DNA of 64,000 bases, from positions 54,108,861 to 54,172,860 of the forward strand of contig NC_068993.1 in assembly GCF_001194135.2 (NCBI RefSeq). The letters are read 5' to 3'. Below the pieces are notes generated by a model. That model did not search any database and was not told where the DNA came from. It worked only from the letters and a program-made list of their open reading frames with translations. This document shows, one piece after another, positions 35,758 through 47,356 of this stretch; position 1 is the first letter of the stretch, and every line of letters starts with the position of its first letter. The stretch comes from Octopus bimaculoides (Eukaryota). The translations under genes were made by a program, and so were the position numbers.

Positions 35758-36412
35758 GTAAGTATTTCTAAACTTGTTTTTGTAAAATATCTGCATTTGT
35801 TAGTGTTTTTATGTGCATCATTTTCTTGTAGTTAATATTTTCTGTTGTTAGCTTACAGAAAGAAGTGCTTTTAGTTAATTAAAATAATTATTAAATTGAG
35901 ACTTCTCTGGTGTCTAGTGAAGTCCTTTAGAATTGGATCCCGTCTTCAACAGAAGGTTTAAACCAGGCTATGGACAGTTTTAGTTATTTTATCAATATTT
36001 ACTCCCCTGGACTCTCATAATCATTCAATATTTTTAAAAATCTTGTTATATTTTTATAATTAAAATATTATTAGGAATTGTATAAAAGCATTGTGAAAAT
36101 ATTTTGTGTATTGTAGAAATATAACCAATTTATTGAAGATTAAATTTTAACAAAATCTTATCTGGACCCTGGCTAAGAGCCACTGGTTTAAATAAACTTA
36201 TGAGGTTGACTCAGTTGCTACACAGTAACTGGTGTACTTTAAAAGACTAAAAGATTTGCAACATGTTAATAAAAGTTCCTAATTAGTTAGTTTAGACAAG
36301 TATTTAGTTTGAACAAATTTTATCAAAAATTTACTGATTTTTTTTGTTTTTCTTCTCTTTTTTTTCTTTTTTTTTTTTTGTCTTTTTTTTGCCATTTCTT
36401 TTAACTTTCTAG

Positions 36413-36528
36413 AGCAGTGAGGAAATAGAAAGAAAAAATGTAACTCGTCTTTTGGCAAAAATGTTCTCAGACCCTGATTCCGAACTAGCAACACAGCACC
36501 GTGTGCTTTGGAATTGTTTTTTAGGAAG
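36413..36528 (+). CDS. PDS5: PDS5 coding exon 8
   Basis: [39 protein letters not shown]|gttggt. Confidence 0.95.
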
Positions 36529-37110
36529 GTTGGTAAAATACTGCAGTTTTTGTCATTGGAATAGTTATTCTTACATGTTTGACTCTTGTTCAACCAAGTC
36601 TTTTTTTCACAAGCTTGCTCAGAAAACTACCAGCTTGTCTACCTCATTTACTTATTCATATCAAAATGTTGATGTTAATTTCAATATTATATTAATGATT
36701 TCACTATGTTAAATACTTGTAGATAAAGAACCACAAAATTACCCTGTACAACATTTTTTCGTATTATGTCTCTGTAAACTCATTCAAAAGAAATAGACAT
36801 TGGATTTAGCTGTAGTGAGTTTGAATTTAAAGCTGTAGTTATTTTGTAAAACCAGTCTAATTCATGATTTACTTTAGAATTTAATTGGAACGCAAGTCTT
36901 TTTTTTTTTTTTTATATTAGTTGGAAATAAATTTGTAATAATTTTCCCATGTTTTACCTGAATTGTGAGAGATGTCCTTCCAAGAAAACACAACTGAAAC
37001 TTAATTTTACTCTGCTCAAGAGTACAACATAGTATCTACTTCATTGTTTTAGGCTTTAATCATTTTGTTTTTGGATATATTTATTATTAAAATTATTGAT
37101 TTCTTTATAG

Positions 37111-37205
37111 ATTCAATGATATTAGTACCGGAGTAAGAACAGTCTGTGTTCAGTATGCCCAACGTTTCATTCTCCATCATTCAGATTTAGTAAAAGATAT
37201 AATTG
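37111..37205 (+). CDS. PDS5: PDS5 coding exon 9
   Basis: FNDISTGVRTVCVQYAQRFILHHSDLVKDII|gtaaga. Confidence 0.95.
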
Positions 37206-37715
37206 GTAAGAATTTCAAAATTTTCTTCCTATTAGTTTCTGGCATGAAAATTAGGTTTCTTTTTAAGAATTTCTACCCAAGGTATCAAAATATCAGTCAT
37301 AATTTTCAAAATTTTCCTGAAGTTATAAAATATCTTGTTCTTCATTTTTGCTATAATTATCATTGTTTAGGCTATTGATTTTTCCTCCATCAATGGAGTA
37401 AAATGTCAAAGCTTTGTAGAAAAATATCAAATCCAGTCAGCGAATACATTAAAGCAATGTAATTGTATACTTCATATTTAACTAATTAATTAAAGCATAA
37501 ACAAGTGAATGGTTGAAGGTGAGTCTGTGCGTCTAATATTGTCAAAGATGACCACCTTTGCAACAAGATTTGTTAAAATTTGAAATCATTTGCAATTATC
37601 TTAAATCATTTCAAAATTTCAAGACAAATTCTTTATCCCCATGTTAAAAAAATATGCAAAAAAATTGATTTAAAAAAAAAAAAACTTAAGAAATATATGT
37701 ACTTTATCATTATAG

Positions 37716-37861
37716 AACAACTGAAAATTCGTCAGCATGATCCCGAAGAGACTGTTCGAATGGAGGTTGTATCAGCAGTTTTGAATGCTGCAAAGAAAGA
37801 TTTCAAAATGATAACTGATGAACTGTTGGCTTTCATTAAAGAACGAACTCTAGACAAGAAG
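37716..37861 (+). CDS. PDS5: PDS5 coding exon 10
   Basis: EQLKIRQHDPEETVRMEVVSAVLNAAKKDFKMITDELLAFIKERTLDKK|gtaatc. Confidence 0.95.
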
Positions 37862-38659
37862 GTAATCTACATTTTAATTTCAAATTAAAAATTTACTTGA
37901 TATTTAGTATTGAATTTTTTCAATCATTTTTATTATAAATGATACCACATTTGTACTGGTCTGGATCATCAATAAGGTTTGAGTGTTTTACTGTTGCCAA
38001 TGCCANNNNNNNNNNNNNNNNNNNNNNNNNNNNNNNNNNNNNNNNNNNNNNNNNNNNNNNNNNNNNNNNNNNNNNNNNNNNNNNNNNNNNNNNNNNNNNN
38101 NNNNNNNNNNNNNNNNNNNNNNNNNNNNNNNNNNNNNNNNNNNNNNNNNNNNNNNNNNNNNNNNNNNNNNNNNNNNNNNNNNNNNNNNNNNNNNNNNNNN
38201 NNNNNNNNNNNNNNNNNNNNNNNNNNNNNNNNNNNNNNNNNNNNNNNNNNNNNNNNNNNNNNNNNNNNNNNNNNNNNNNNNNNNNNNNNNNNNNNNNNNN
38301 NNNNNNNNNNNNNNNNNNNNNNNGAGTTTTCTTGAAGGTGTTTATTACACTTTGCTGACATACATAAACAAAAGCTATGCACATTTTTTTACCTACCATA
38401 TTTAACTGAATTTATTTGACCAATCCATGCCACAGTAAGACACTTACCCAAGCTGCCTCATGGGATTGAACTCAGAACCACATGGTTGTGATAAAAACTT
38501 CTTTATCACATAATCTTCCCCTTTGTTTTATATACTTAATCTTTTACTAGTTCCATCCATGCTTATTTTTTCTTGTTTATAATTATTATTTTGAAAGTTT
38601 ATAAATGAAGTAAGAAATATCTTGTTCAATTTTTAATGTGATGAATCTGATTTTATTAG

Positions 38660-38811
38660 TTTAAGATACGGCGAGAAGCATTACTTGGACTAGCTCATCT
38701 GTACAAGACTTATATTAACCAAGATCCTGACAACACGGCAATTGCAAAGCGTCTTGCATGGGTTAAGGATAAAGTTTTTCACGCTTATTATCAGCATAGC
38801 CCTGAAGACAG
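38660..38811 (+). CDS. PDS5: PDS5 coding exon 11
   Basis: FKIRREALLGLAHLYKTYINQDPDNTAIAKRLAWVKDKVFHAYYQHSPEDR|gtaaat. Confidence 0.95.
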
Positions 38812-39005
38812 GTAAATATATGGCAAGCTTGGCATCTAATTCATTTGGTAAAGAAATTGTATATTTAAATATCATTGTCCACTTTTCTATGTTGTGGGTC
38901 AAGACTTTATAGAACAGATGTTGATTTCATATTTCTCAATGAATACATTGAGTCTTTATTTTACTCTAAATAAGCTGCGTTTGGGTGAATGTATATGTTT
39001 TCTCT

Positions 39006-39040
<35 letters not shown>

Positions 39041-39044
39041 TTAG

Positions 39045-39158
39045 GTTACTTGTTGAACGCATTTTTAACACTTGTCTTGTACCATATACACTGCCGACAT
39101 CGGAAAGAATGAAACGGCTTCACAACTTGTATACATCTTTAGATGAACATGCTCTGAA
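39045..39158 (+). CDS. PDS5: PDS5 coding exon 12
   Basis: LLVERIFNTCLVPYTLPTSERMKRLHNLYTSLDEHALK|gtaaga. Confidence 0.95.
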
Positions 39159-39896
39159 GTAAGATTGAAATTTATGTTTCTTTATTATTTTTTGTTGGAA
39201 GTCATTTAAATTTGCAATGTAAAAGTTTTTATATAGAAACAGTTGGATCAGGTGAAATGAAAAATACAGAACAATTTTGTGTGCCAGTGAAAAAATTTAT
39301 AAAGCTTTACTTTTAAAATAGAGCAAATGTCTGCTTTGGCTAGTTTCACTATGTAGAATATATTGTTCCTAATTAGCATTAAAGAATCTTAAATTATTAA
39401 TCCATTATAATTAAGTTGTCAAAGTTTTTTGTACTTGATTAGATTTTCTTAAATCAATTATCCTTCTCAGGAAATGCAAGATTATCTTAACACTGTTCTA
39501 GTTTATGACCTTATTAACCAAAAACACTCTGTTTTGGTCCCAGCTTCATCAGCATCATTTTATGTGCATTACTTCCATGCTTACAAGCATCATATTACGT
39601 GCCTGCACCAAGGACATCTTCTCTCATACCCACTATTTCTGATAGTTATTATTTCTAGTATTTTCTCTGTTTATTTGTGCTCTAGATCTTGTGTCATTAT
39701 CTTAACATGTGACCTCAAACTAGAGATTTCATAAACCACTTTCTCATTTCAGCATAATTTAGTGAATATAACTAAACATAGTTGTTTGTGTTTTAGTTTA
39801 GACTTGTGCTTTAAACATTGATTTTCTGTGTAACAATTGCTTTCTTAGCACAAAGTTGATATTAGTATAATTTATTATTTTTTTTTTTCATTTTAG

Positions 39897-39929
39897 AGCA
39901 TTTAATGAGTTGTTGAAGTACCAGCATGG
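39897..39929 (+). CDS. PDS5: PDS5 coding exon 13 (33-nt small exon)
   Basis: Long T tract, ttttag|a AFNELLKYQHG|gtaagt; phase 2 at both ends. Confidence 0.88.
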
Positions 39930-40586
39930 GTAAGTTTTATTTCTATTTTTATCTTTTTATTTTGCTTATATCTTTTGAATGTGTTCTAGTTTGCTGTTGA
40001 AGGTAAATATGTACATCTATGAAGCAGTATTATGGTTGTATGTGAACAGAGTCTGGAGAAATACAGTGTGATGTCTGTGAATGTGTATGGCTAGAAATGC
40101 ATTCTTGTATGCTGTTGATATGTAGAAAAAGAGAAACCAGGCTTGAGTCACTAAAACAAGTAGAACACTGTCAACACATGCTACAAAAAGCAAGTTCCCA
40201 AGAAACTTTTAATGCAAATCTTGAACACTACTGAGGAAACTTAAGGAAAAACATTAATTATGGTGTAATTGAAGTTACTTTTGAATGTTCACTTGAATTT
40301 GATTAGTCAGTAAAGTCTGACTTTTACACAACATACAGTAAAGTATGTTGTGTAAATGAAATTGAGATATTTTCTGGTGTGATGTTGTGATTAATATGTA
40401 TTTGTACAATATTTGTTGTTTCCTATGAAGAGGTCATTCATTGCTAGATTGTAAATGTCTGTATTATGTAGACAACTTCACTTTATGTATTATTTTAGTT
40501 GATGCTTTTCTTCTGGAGGCTATTTCTTGTGTATTTCAAGTGAAATATTGGGATGTCATATGTTTAGAATTATACAAATTTATCTT

Positions 40587-40589
<3 letters not shown>

Positions 40590-40630
<41 letters not shown>

Positions 40631-40640
40631 NNNNNNNNNN

Positions 40641-40680
<40 letters not shown>
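40590..40680. repeat. (CT)n microsatellite spanning a 10-N gap
   Basis: Direct reading. Confidence 0.95.
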
Positions 40681-40685
<5 letters not shown>

Positions 40686-41346
40686 AATTTGATTATTTCT
40701 TCTTTTATCTTCTGGTCTCTATTCCTTACTCATTCTTCCCTCATCATGCTGCTCATATTGTTTTTATTCAATCCTCTTGCCAACATAACCATTTCTCTCT
40801 CCCTCTCTTTCTCCTATCCAAACCTTTCACGCCTATCAATCTGTTTTACCCATCTTACTCTTCTTTCAGTCTCACCTTGCTTCTCCCTCTCTCTCATCCC
40901 TTGTTTTTGTATTCACCCTCTCAGTCACAGACTCTTTAGTCTTGCCTGGATCAAGACACCCTCTCTCGTAACAGCACTGTGATAACGTGCACCCAGTACA
41001 CTCTGTAAAGTAGTTTGCAAATTAACGGAAACAATGTAGGATCAGGAAGAGTCTTTAGTCTTACCAATGGCATGACAACTTCTTTAGTACTGGTAAAAAT
41101 AATGAATTGCACCTGAAAAGTTGTTGGTATTAGAAAGGACATCTAGCTATATAAACCTTGCCAAAAATGATATGTGAGACATCCTTGATTCATCTTGGAG
41201 AGCATTAACTAAGAACTGACTTGGACCATGATAGCCTGTCCAGCCTACGACGACATTTGAAAGCAGATGTGAAATGATGATGATCTGTTGTGTATCAGAA
41301 AAATATCACTACTCTATCCTAACTTTATTAACTCCTTCTCTTTCAG

Positions 41347-41441
41347 AGTCCGAGTTTGTGTGCTGCAGTGGATTGATGCTCTAGAGCAAAATTTGCAGGG
41401 CTGCCCTGCTCCTGTGGTAGCCAAATTAATAGCTCTTGCCA
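41347..41441 (+). CDS. PDS5: PDS5 coding exon 14
   Basis: tttcag|VRVCVLQWIDALEQNLQGCPAPVVAKLIALA|gtatgt; phase fits both neighbours. Confidence 0.88.
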
Positions 41442-41490
41442 GTATGTATACCCTCGTTACTTTCTTATACAAACTCTTTCTTAATTTTAC

Positions 41491-41703
41491 TTAACCCTTT
41501 GCCTGTCCAAAGCATTTTCATGAATTCATCCTAAATGTCCATGCTTGTTTTCAGTCTTTTAGTTAGCCCTTTCAAATGTTTTGAGTCTCAAGTTACTATG
41601 GTGGTTGATAAAATTAGGAAATGTGCATTATATTCAATGCATGGGTGCCAGGGAAATGTGTCCCGTGTATCACATGTGATACACGGGCTGGGCAAAGAGT
41701 TAA
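41491..41703. mobile_element. piggyBac-type MITE family 3
   Basis: TTAA-CCCTTTGCC...GGCAAAGAG-TTAA, with an internal 26-bp perfect palindrome at 41662-41687. Confidence 0.75.
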
Positions 41704-42172
41704 TGGTGAGTTGAGCTCTGATTGCACCAAATCTCTGACTATTTTTAAATTCCAACTGAACCACTATCACCTCGTTTTACTCTAGATGTTCTTTGAAATG
41801 GCTTGAACAGTATTAGAACATCTCATTTCCTTTTTGCTTTTTATCCCATGAATTATGAAACCTTATGCCTCTAAGCAATCAGTATTTTTATCTATCATCA
41901 GTATTATGTTTACACAAACTAGGAATTTGAATTAAACTTAAGGTGAATAGGGAAGCTTTCTGGAAACTTTTTTAAAAAGATATTTGAAGAAGTAACTGGT
42001 GTTTCATTTATTGTAACTTTTTTTTTTTTTAAATCAAATGCAGTTGTGTAGGAATTCTGCTAGTATTTTTCTCTGATTTGCAAGTCTTGAAATTATCTAT
42101 GAANNNNNNNNNNNNNNNNNNNNNNNNNATGTGTGCATGTATGTGTGGGTATATATATATATATATACATAT

Positions 42173-42210
<38 letters not shown>

Positions 42211-42337
42211 GCAATTCATGATGGGTTGAAAATCAACTCCCTTCTCTCGTTCATAAATGAAATAAATTTCAAAGAAATATTTTTGCTCTTTTGTTTTGAA
42301 TATTTTTTAAATCCAATGTTGCAATTTGTATTTTCAG

Positions 42338-42477
42338 GACAGTTACCTGAACCTCACAAAGCTCAGGAACATCTTAAAAAATTCAATCATATTTTGAGAG
42401 AAGATAAACGTGTTCGCCATTGTCTAAAAGCACTGGTCAGCTCAGACTGCACATGCCGCAAGGCTGAAGATGCTGTT
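42338..42477 (+). CDS. PDS5: PDS5 coding exon 15
   Basis: QLPEPHKAQEHLKKFNHILREDKRVRHCLKALVSSDCTCRKAEDAV|gtaatt. Confidence 0.94.
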
Positions 42478-42499
42478 GTAATTATTTTCTTTGGTTTTC

Positions 42500-42875
42500 T
42501 TCACTTTAATCCTTTTGATACTAATCTGCCTGAAACTGCCCTTGGCCCTATAAAATCAAAATCCCTGTTTTAAATTTAAACTTTCTATCAAAATTCCATA
42601 TTGATTTACGTTGCAGGTACCAGATTATTAATGACTAAGTTATGGTACTGGTGCCACATAAAAGCACCCAGTACACTCTGCGATGTGGTTGGTGTTCGGA
42701 AGGGCATCCAGCCATAGAAACCATGCTAAAACAGACAATGGAGTTTGGTGCAGTCCCGGGCCTTTCCAGCTCCCATCCAACTGTCCAACCCATGCCAGCA
42801 TGGAAAATGGACATTAAATAATGACTATTTTACTAAATTCTTCGTTATTTTCAAAATTAATTGAACTAAAGGTCC
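42500..42875. mobile_element. MITE family 2 copy interrupted by a SINE (about 42641-42825)
   Basis: The MITE sequence taagttat|tttactaaattc is split by the SINE. Confidence 0.6.
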
Positions 42876-43181
42876 CACTGTATGGCACTTTGGGCAAGTG
42901 CCTTCCACTACAAACCTAGGCTGACCAATGCCTTGTAAATGGATTTGGTAGATGGAAACTGAAAGAAGTCCATCGTGTGTTTGTATCTGTTCGTCCCCCA
43001 CAACGACCAATAGAATAAGTAGCATGCTTAAAACAAAAATAAGTACTGGGGTTGATTTGTTTCNNNNNNNNNNATAAAAATAAATCAATTTTTCCCACAT
43101 GTATTTTTTTTTTTTTTTTTCTCCATATGAAAAACGGTTTTCGTACTCCAATGTAAGTTCTTTGATAAATTCCCATTACAG

Positions 43182-43391
43182 AAAGAAATATTGCGAAAGG
43201 TTGGGAATCCTGGCCAGCAAACTCCTTTCTACACAGCTGTGAAGTCTTTATTAGAGCGTATAGCCCCAGTCATGATTGATGCAGATGCTATCAGTGCCTT
43301 GGTGAAGTACAACTGTGATGTAATTAGTGGCTTGATATATGTTGATGATGGAGTTCTCGCAGCTGGTGAGAAAGGTTTGAAACTTCTTCTG
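43182..43391 (+). CDS. PDS5: PDS5 coding exon 16
   Basis: [43 protein letters not shown]...GEKGLKLLL|gttagt. Confidence 0.93.
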
Positions 43392-43527
43392 GTTAGTATT
43401 TGATCTTAAACTACTTTTTTTTCTTTTCATTTTTCTCATTATGAACTTTATATTGTTTACATTATCGCAATATTTCTTTCAAATTATTCTCTTTCAATGT
43501 GTGGTTTTTCTTTTCTCCTCCCCACAG

Positions 43528-43618
43528 GCATTGTCCAGTGTCTTCCCACCCTGTTTTAACAGAGAGAGTGTTTTTGAAGATTTATTGACATTCCTGAAAA
43601 ATGAAGATGAAGTTATAT
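43528..43618 (+). CDS. PDS5: PDS5 coding exon 17
   Basis: cacag|ALSSVFPPCFNRESVFEDLLTFLKNEDEVI|gtgagt. Confidence 0.93.
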
Positions 43619-43924
43619 GTGAGTAATTAAGAAAGAATTATCTTTGGTTGTTTTAAATTCATGATTGTTTTCAAATTCTTCCCAGTTTCTATTTTGTTAA
43701 TTATTTTTATTATGAGAATAAAGTAGTGTTGTGTTCCTTATGTAAAGGAGTCTTTTTTTTGTGTGGGGGGGGGACTCTTAGTAAGGTTGACCAAACTAAA
43801 GGCTTGATTTCATCATTTGACCATCTACTTTGCCATGATGGAATTTGTTGAGTTAGATTTTCTATAGCTGGCTGCCCTTCCTTTGCCAACTTTTCAACGC
43901 ACGCATAAGTGAAGGTACATAGCC

Positions 43925-44100
43925 GGTGTCACGTAAAAGCACCCACTACACTCTCGGAGTGGTTGGCGTTAGGAAGGGCATCCAGCTGTAGAAACTTTGC
44001 CAGATCAGATTGAGCCTGGTGCAGCCTCTGGCTCGCCAATCTTCAGTCAAACCGTCCAACCCATGCCAGCATGGAAAGCAGACGTTAAATGATGATGATG
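43925..44100 (+). mobile_element. SINE family A, young copy
   Basis: Same consensus with (ATG)n tail. Confidence 0.85.
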
Positions 44101-44225
44101 GTATGAATGGGTGGATGGATGGTTGATGTAATTCAAATTAGCTATAGGATGGGAACAGGAGGTAGAACCTCAGTGTAACAAATAACAATAACCACTCTTA
44201 CATTCTGCATCTTTTTTTATTTCAG

Positions 44226-44295
44226 CTGATTTAACTCTTCAAATATTTGTGAACACTGGTTCCAATTTGAAAAAAGACTGTCCAAATATATATTC
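44226..44295 (+). CDS. PDS5: PDS5 coding exon 18
   Basis: SDLTLQIFVNTGSNLKKDCPNIYS|gtaagt. Confidence 0.92.
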
Positions 44296-44355
44296 GTAAG
44301 TATCAAAACATTGATAAATATTTTTTGTGAGATTAATATTTTCTTTATTGTCATC

Positions 44356-44566
44356 AAGGCAGTGAGCTGGCAGAATTGTTGACACGCCAGGCAAAATGCT
44401 TAACAGCATTTCGTCTGTTTTTACATGCTTAGTTCAAATTCTTCCAAGGTCTACTCTGCCTTTTGTCCCTTTTGGGGTTAATAAAATAAGTACCAGCTGA
44501 GCACTGGGGTCAATGTAATCGACTTACCCAAAATTGCTGACCTTGTGCCAAAATATGAAACCAAAA
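44356..44566 (+). mobile_element. SINE family B
   Basis: Same consensus. Confidence 0.8.
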
Positions 44567-44647
44567 TTTCCTTTATTGTATTTTTTTTATTCTATAAATT
44601 TTATATTGAACTAGATTTTATGCTTTGCTTTTTTATTTATTTAACAG

Positions 44648-44774
44648 AAGCCTGTTGCCAGTTCTTCAAACTACAGCCAAAATGGGAAATATCAGACAAA
44701 CAAAGCATGCAATCAAATGTATCAGTATTGTGTACAAACATGAAAAGGAATCTATTTTACAGCAGGTGTTTGAG
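44648..44774 (+). CDS. PDS5: PDS5 coding exon 19
   Basis: SLLPVLQTTAKMGNIRQTKHAIKCISIVYKHEKESILQQVFE|gtgagt. Confidence 0.93.
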
Positions 44775-45061
44775 GTGAGTTTTTAATGCACCTCCCTCCT
44801 TTTTGTTTTTGTGTTTAGAGTTCAGTTGGATATTGTTTGATAGTATTTAGTTAATCCAGCTTTTGTAGAAAGGATGTTTGAAAATATATACAAAGCCTGT
44901 GATTTGCATTTTTATCCAAAATACCTGTTGAATTTAAAGAGCGCAGAATGCTGGCTTAAGGATTTTGGCTTAGGAATTGTGAAATTGTAAGGTTTCCTAA
45001 ACATAAATTAAAAGTGATTATTGTAGGGTTGTTATAATGAAAAGCCAGCTGGTTAAATATT

Positions 45062-45325
45062 CATCATTATTATCATCATCATCATCATCATCATGTATCT
45101 GTTTTCCATGCTGGCATGGATTGGACAGTTGGACAAGAGCTAACAAACTAGAGGGTTGCACCAGGCTCCAGCCATCTGATTTGGCATGGTTTTTATAGCT
45201 GGTTGCCCTTCCTAACACCAGCCTCTTTACAAAGTGTACTGGGTGCTTTTTAAAAAGTGTTGGTACAGGTGCTCTTTTACGTGGCACTGGTGTAAGTGCT
45301 TATTTACGTGGTGCCAACACAAGTG
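45062..45325 (-). mobile_element. SINE family A
   Basis: (CAT)n then ccatgctggcatgg... Confidence 0.8.
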
Positions 45326-45537
45326 CTTTTAGTTTATGATTTAAATGTAATTGTAACAGATTATAGTTAGAATGTCAGATTGTATTTCAAATTTAAGAAA
45401 AATGTATTGTAGTTGAAAGTTGAGAACAATTTATTTCTATTTGAAATCATATGTATAGTGTTTGATCAGACATATATTAAATTTACAACTAAGCTAGTGT
45501 TGCTTTTTTTTTTCCCCCTCATTTTCTATTTTTATAG

Positions 45538-45693
45538 CATGTGAAGAAGTCCTTGAATCCTGAGTCTGCTAATTTCCTGACTTCCATAGTGTCAATGGGA
45601 CATATTGCTCAAATATGTCCGGGAGAATTTAGTACTGAAATGAAAAATGTCGTGTCCAAGTTAATTGTTAAAGATTTATTGATGCAAGATCGA
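45538..45693 (+). CDS. PDS5: PDS5 coding exon 20
   Basis: HVKKSLNPESANFLTSIVSMGHIAQICPGEFSTEMKNVVSKLIVKDLLMQDR|gtaagt. Confidence 0.94.
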
Positions 45694-45764
45694 GTAAGTG
45701 GACATGTTGACTTTTGATAAAGCAAAACTTAAAAAAAAAAATTTTTTTTCATATTTAATAATCA

Positions 45765-46110
45765 TTATCATCTAATGTCCATTGTCCATGCTGGCATGGG
45801 TTGGATACTTTGACCAGGGCTGGTAAGCTGGAAGGCTGCCCCAGACTCCAGTCTGATTTGGCATGGTTTTCTGCAGTTGGATGCTCTTCGTAACACCAAC
45901 CAGTCTGAGAGTGTATTGGATGCTTTTACATGCCACCAGCATGGATGCCATTTGTGTGACACCGGTATCTGCCACGACTGCGATTTTGCTTGGTTTGATG
46001 GGTCTTCTTTTCAAGCACGACATAATACCAAAGGTCTCGGTCGTTGCCTCTCTGAGGCCCAACACTCAAACGGAACTCGGCTACTTTGCTTCCGTGAGGC
46101 CCGATGTTCC
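45765..46110 (-). mobile_element. SINE family A variant with extra 5' segment and ~42-bp repeats
   Basis: Shares the extension with 51895-52195. Confidence 0.75.
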
Positions 46111-46224
46111 AACAGTGCTCATTACGTAATACCAACATCAGCCATGACTACAATTTCACTTGGCTTGACGTGTCTTCTCAAGCACAACATAACGCCATAT
46201 CGTCATTATTATTTTATTAAGAAG

Positions 46225-46612
46225 GTAGCAAGCAAAATGCTTAGTGGTATTTTGTCCGTCCTCGCGCTCTGAGTTCAAATTTTTGGGGGTCGATAAAAAG
46301 ACTACCAGCCGAACACTAGGGTCGTTGTAATCAACTTGCCCCTTCTCCCAAAGTTTCAAGCTCTGTGCATGTAGTAGAAAAAATTATTATTATTAAGGTG
46401 GGGAACTGGCAGAATCATTACTGTGCTGGACAAAATGCTTAGTGACAGTTCTTACTGCTTTTTATGTTCTGAGTTCAAATTCTACTGAGCTTGATTTTGC
46501 TTTTCATCTTTTTGCAGGGGGTTAATAAACTAAAGTGCTAGCCATAGTATTGGGGTTGATGTAATTGACTTGTCTCCTTAAAATTGCTGGCCTTGTACTA
46601 TAATTGGAACTA
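46225..46612 (+). mobile_element. Two tandem SINE family B copies
   Basis: About 46225-46385 and 46400-46612. Confidence 0.7.
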
Positions 46613-46639
46613 ATGATGATTATTATTTATTTTTGACAG

Positions 46640-46708
46640 ACCCAAGGTGTACATGTTCATGATAGCTGGTATGCAGATCATGCTATTTCTGAAGAAACTC
46701 AAGCAAAA
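46640..46708 (+). CDS. PDS5: PDS5 coding exon 21
   Basis: TQGVHVHDSWYADHAISEETQAK|gtgagt. Confidence 0.92.
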
Positions 46709-46887
46709 GTGAGTGTAACACTCCCTTTATTAACAAATTTGAACACACTAGGCAACTAAAAGTTTTTTCACAATATTTTTAAGGCTTTAATAAACTGTCA
46801 TATGCTTTTTGTAATGGATGCCGCATATGGCTACTTTAGAAACCTTCTTCAGATTAATACCCTGTTTTAATTGCCATTTTTTTCCTT

Positions 46888-47116
46888 TTAACCCTTTCGA
46901 TGCCAACCTGGCTGAAACTGACTCTGGCTCTGTAATACAAATGTCTTGTTTTCATAAGTATTGAATTAAAATCTTCCACCAAACCTTAGTCACAATTTAT
47001 TTTCCTAACACTAGCTTAATGATAACTAAGTTATTTTACTAAATTCTTTGTTATATTTAAAATTAGTTAAAGAAACACAGAGCATCTCAAAATAAATAAG
47101 GTAACGAAAGGGTTAA
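46888..47116. mobile_element. piggyBac-type MITE family 2, intact copy
   Basis: TTAA-CCCTTTCG...CGAAAGGG-TTAA; perfect 8-bp TIR with TTAA target duplication. Confidence 0.88.
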
Positions 47117-47219
47117 ACATGGTCTTTTTAACCATAATTGGTCACCTGTGATAATAATCTTGTTTGTATTAAACATCTGTCTTGAAGAAAGAGTAATATT
47201 TTGAATATAATGTTGACAG

Positions 47220-47356
47220 GTTTTGGCTATGAAAATGTTGGTTCGCTGGTTATTGGGCTTACGGAATAATGCAGGAAATTCAGCAACATCTACTTTACGG
47301 CTACTTTATACTGTGATAATCCATGAGGGTGATCTTATGGAGAGAGGAAAGATAAA
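47220..47356 (+). CDS. PDS5: PDS5 coding exon 22
   Basis: VLAMKMLVRWLLGLRNNAGNSATSTLRLLYTVIIHEGDLMERGKI|gtaagt. Confidence 0.95.
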
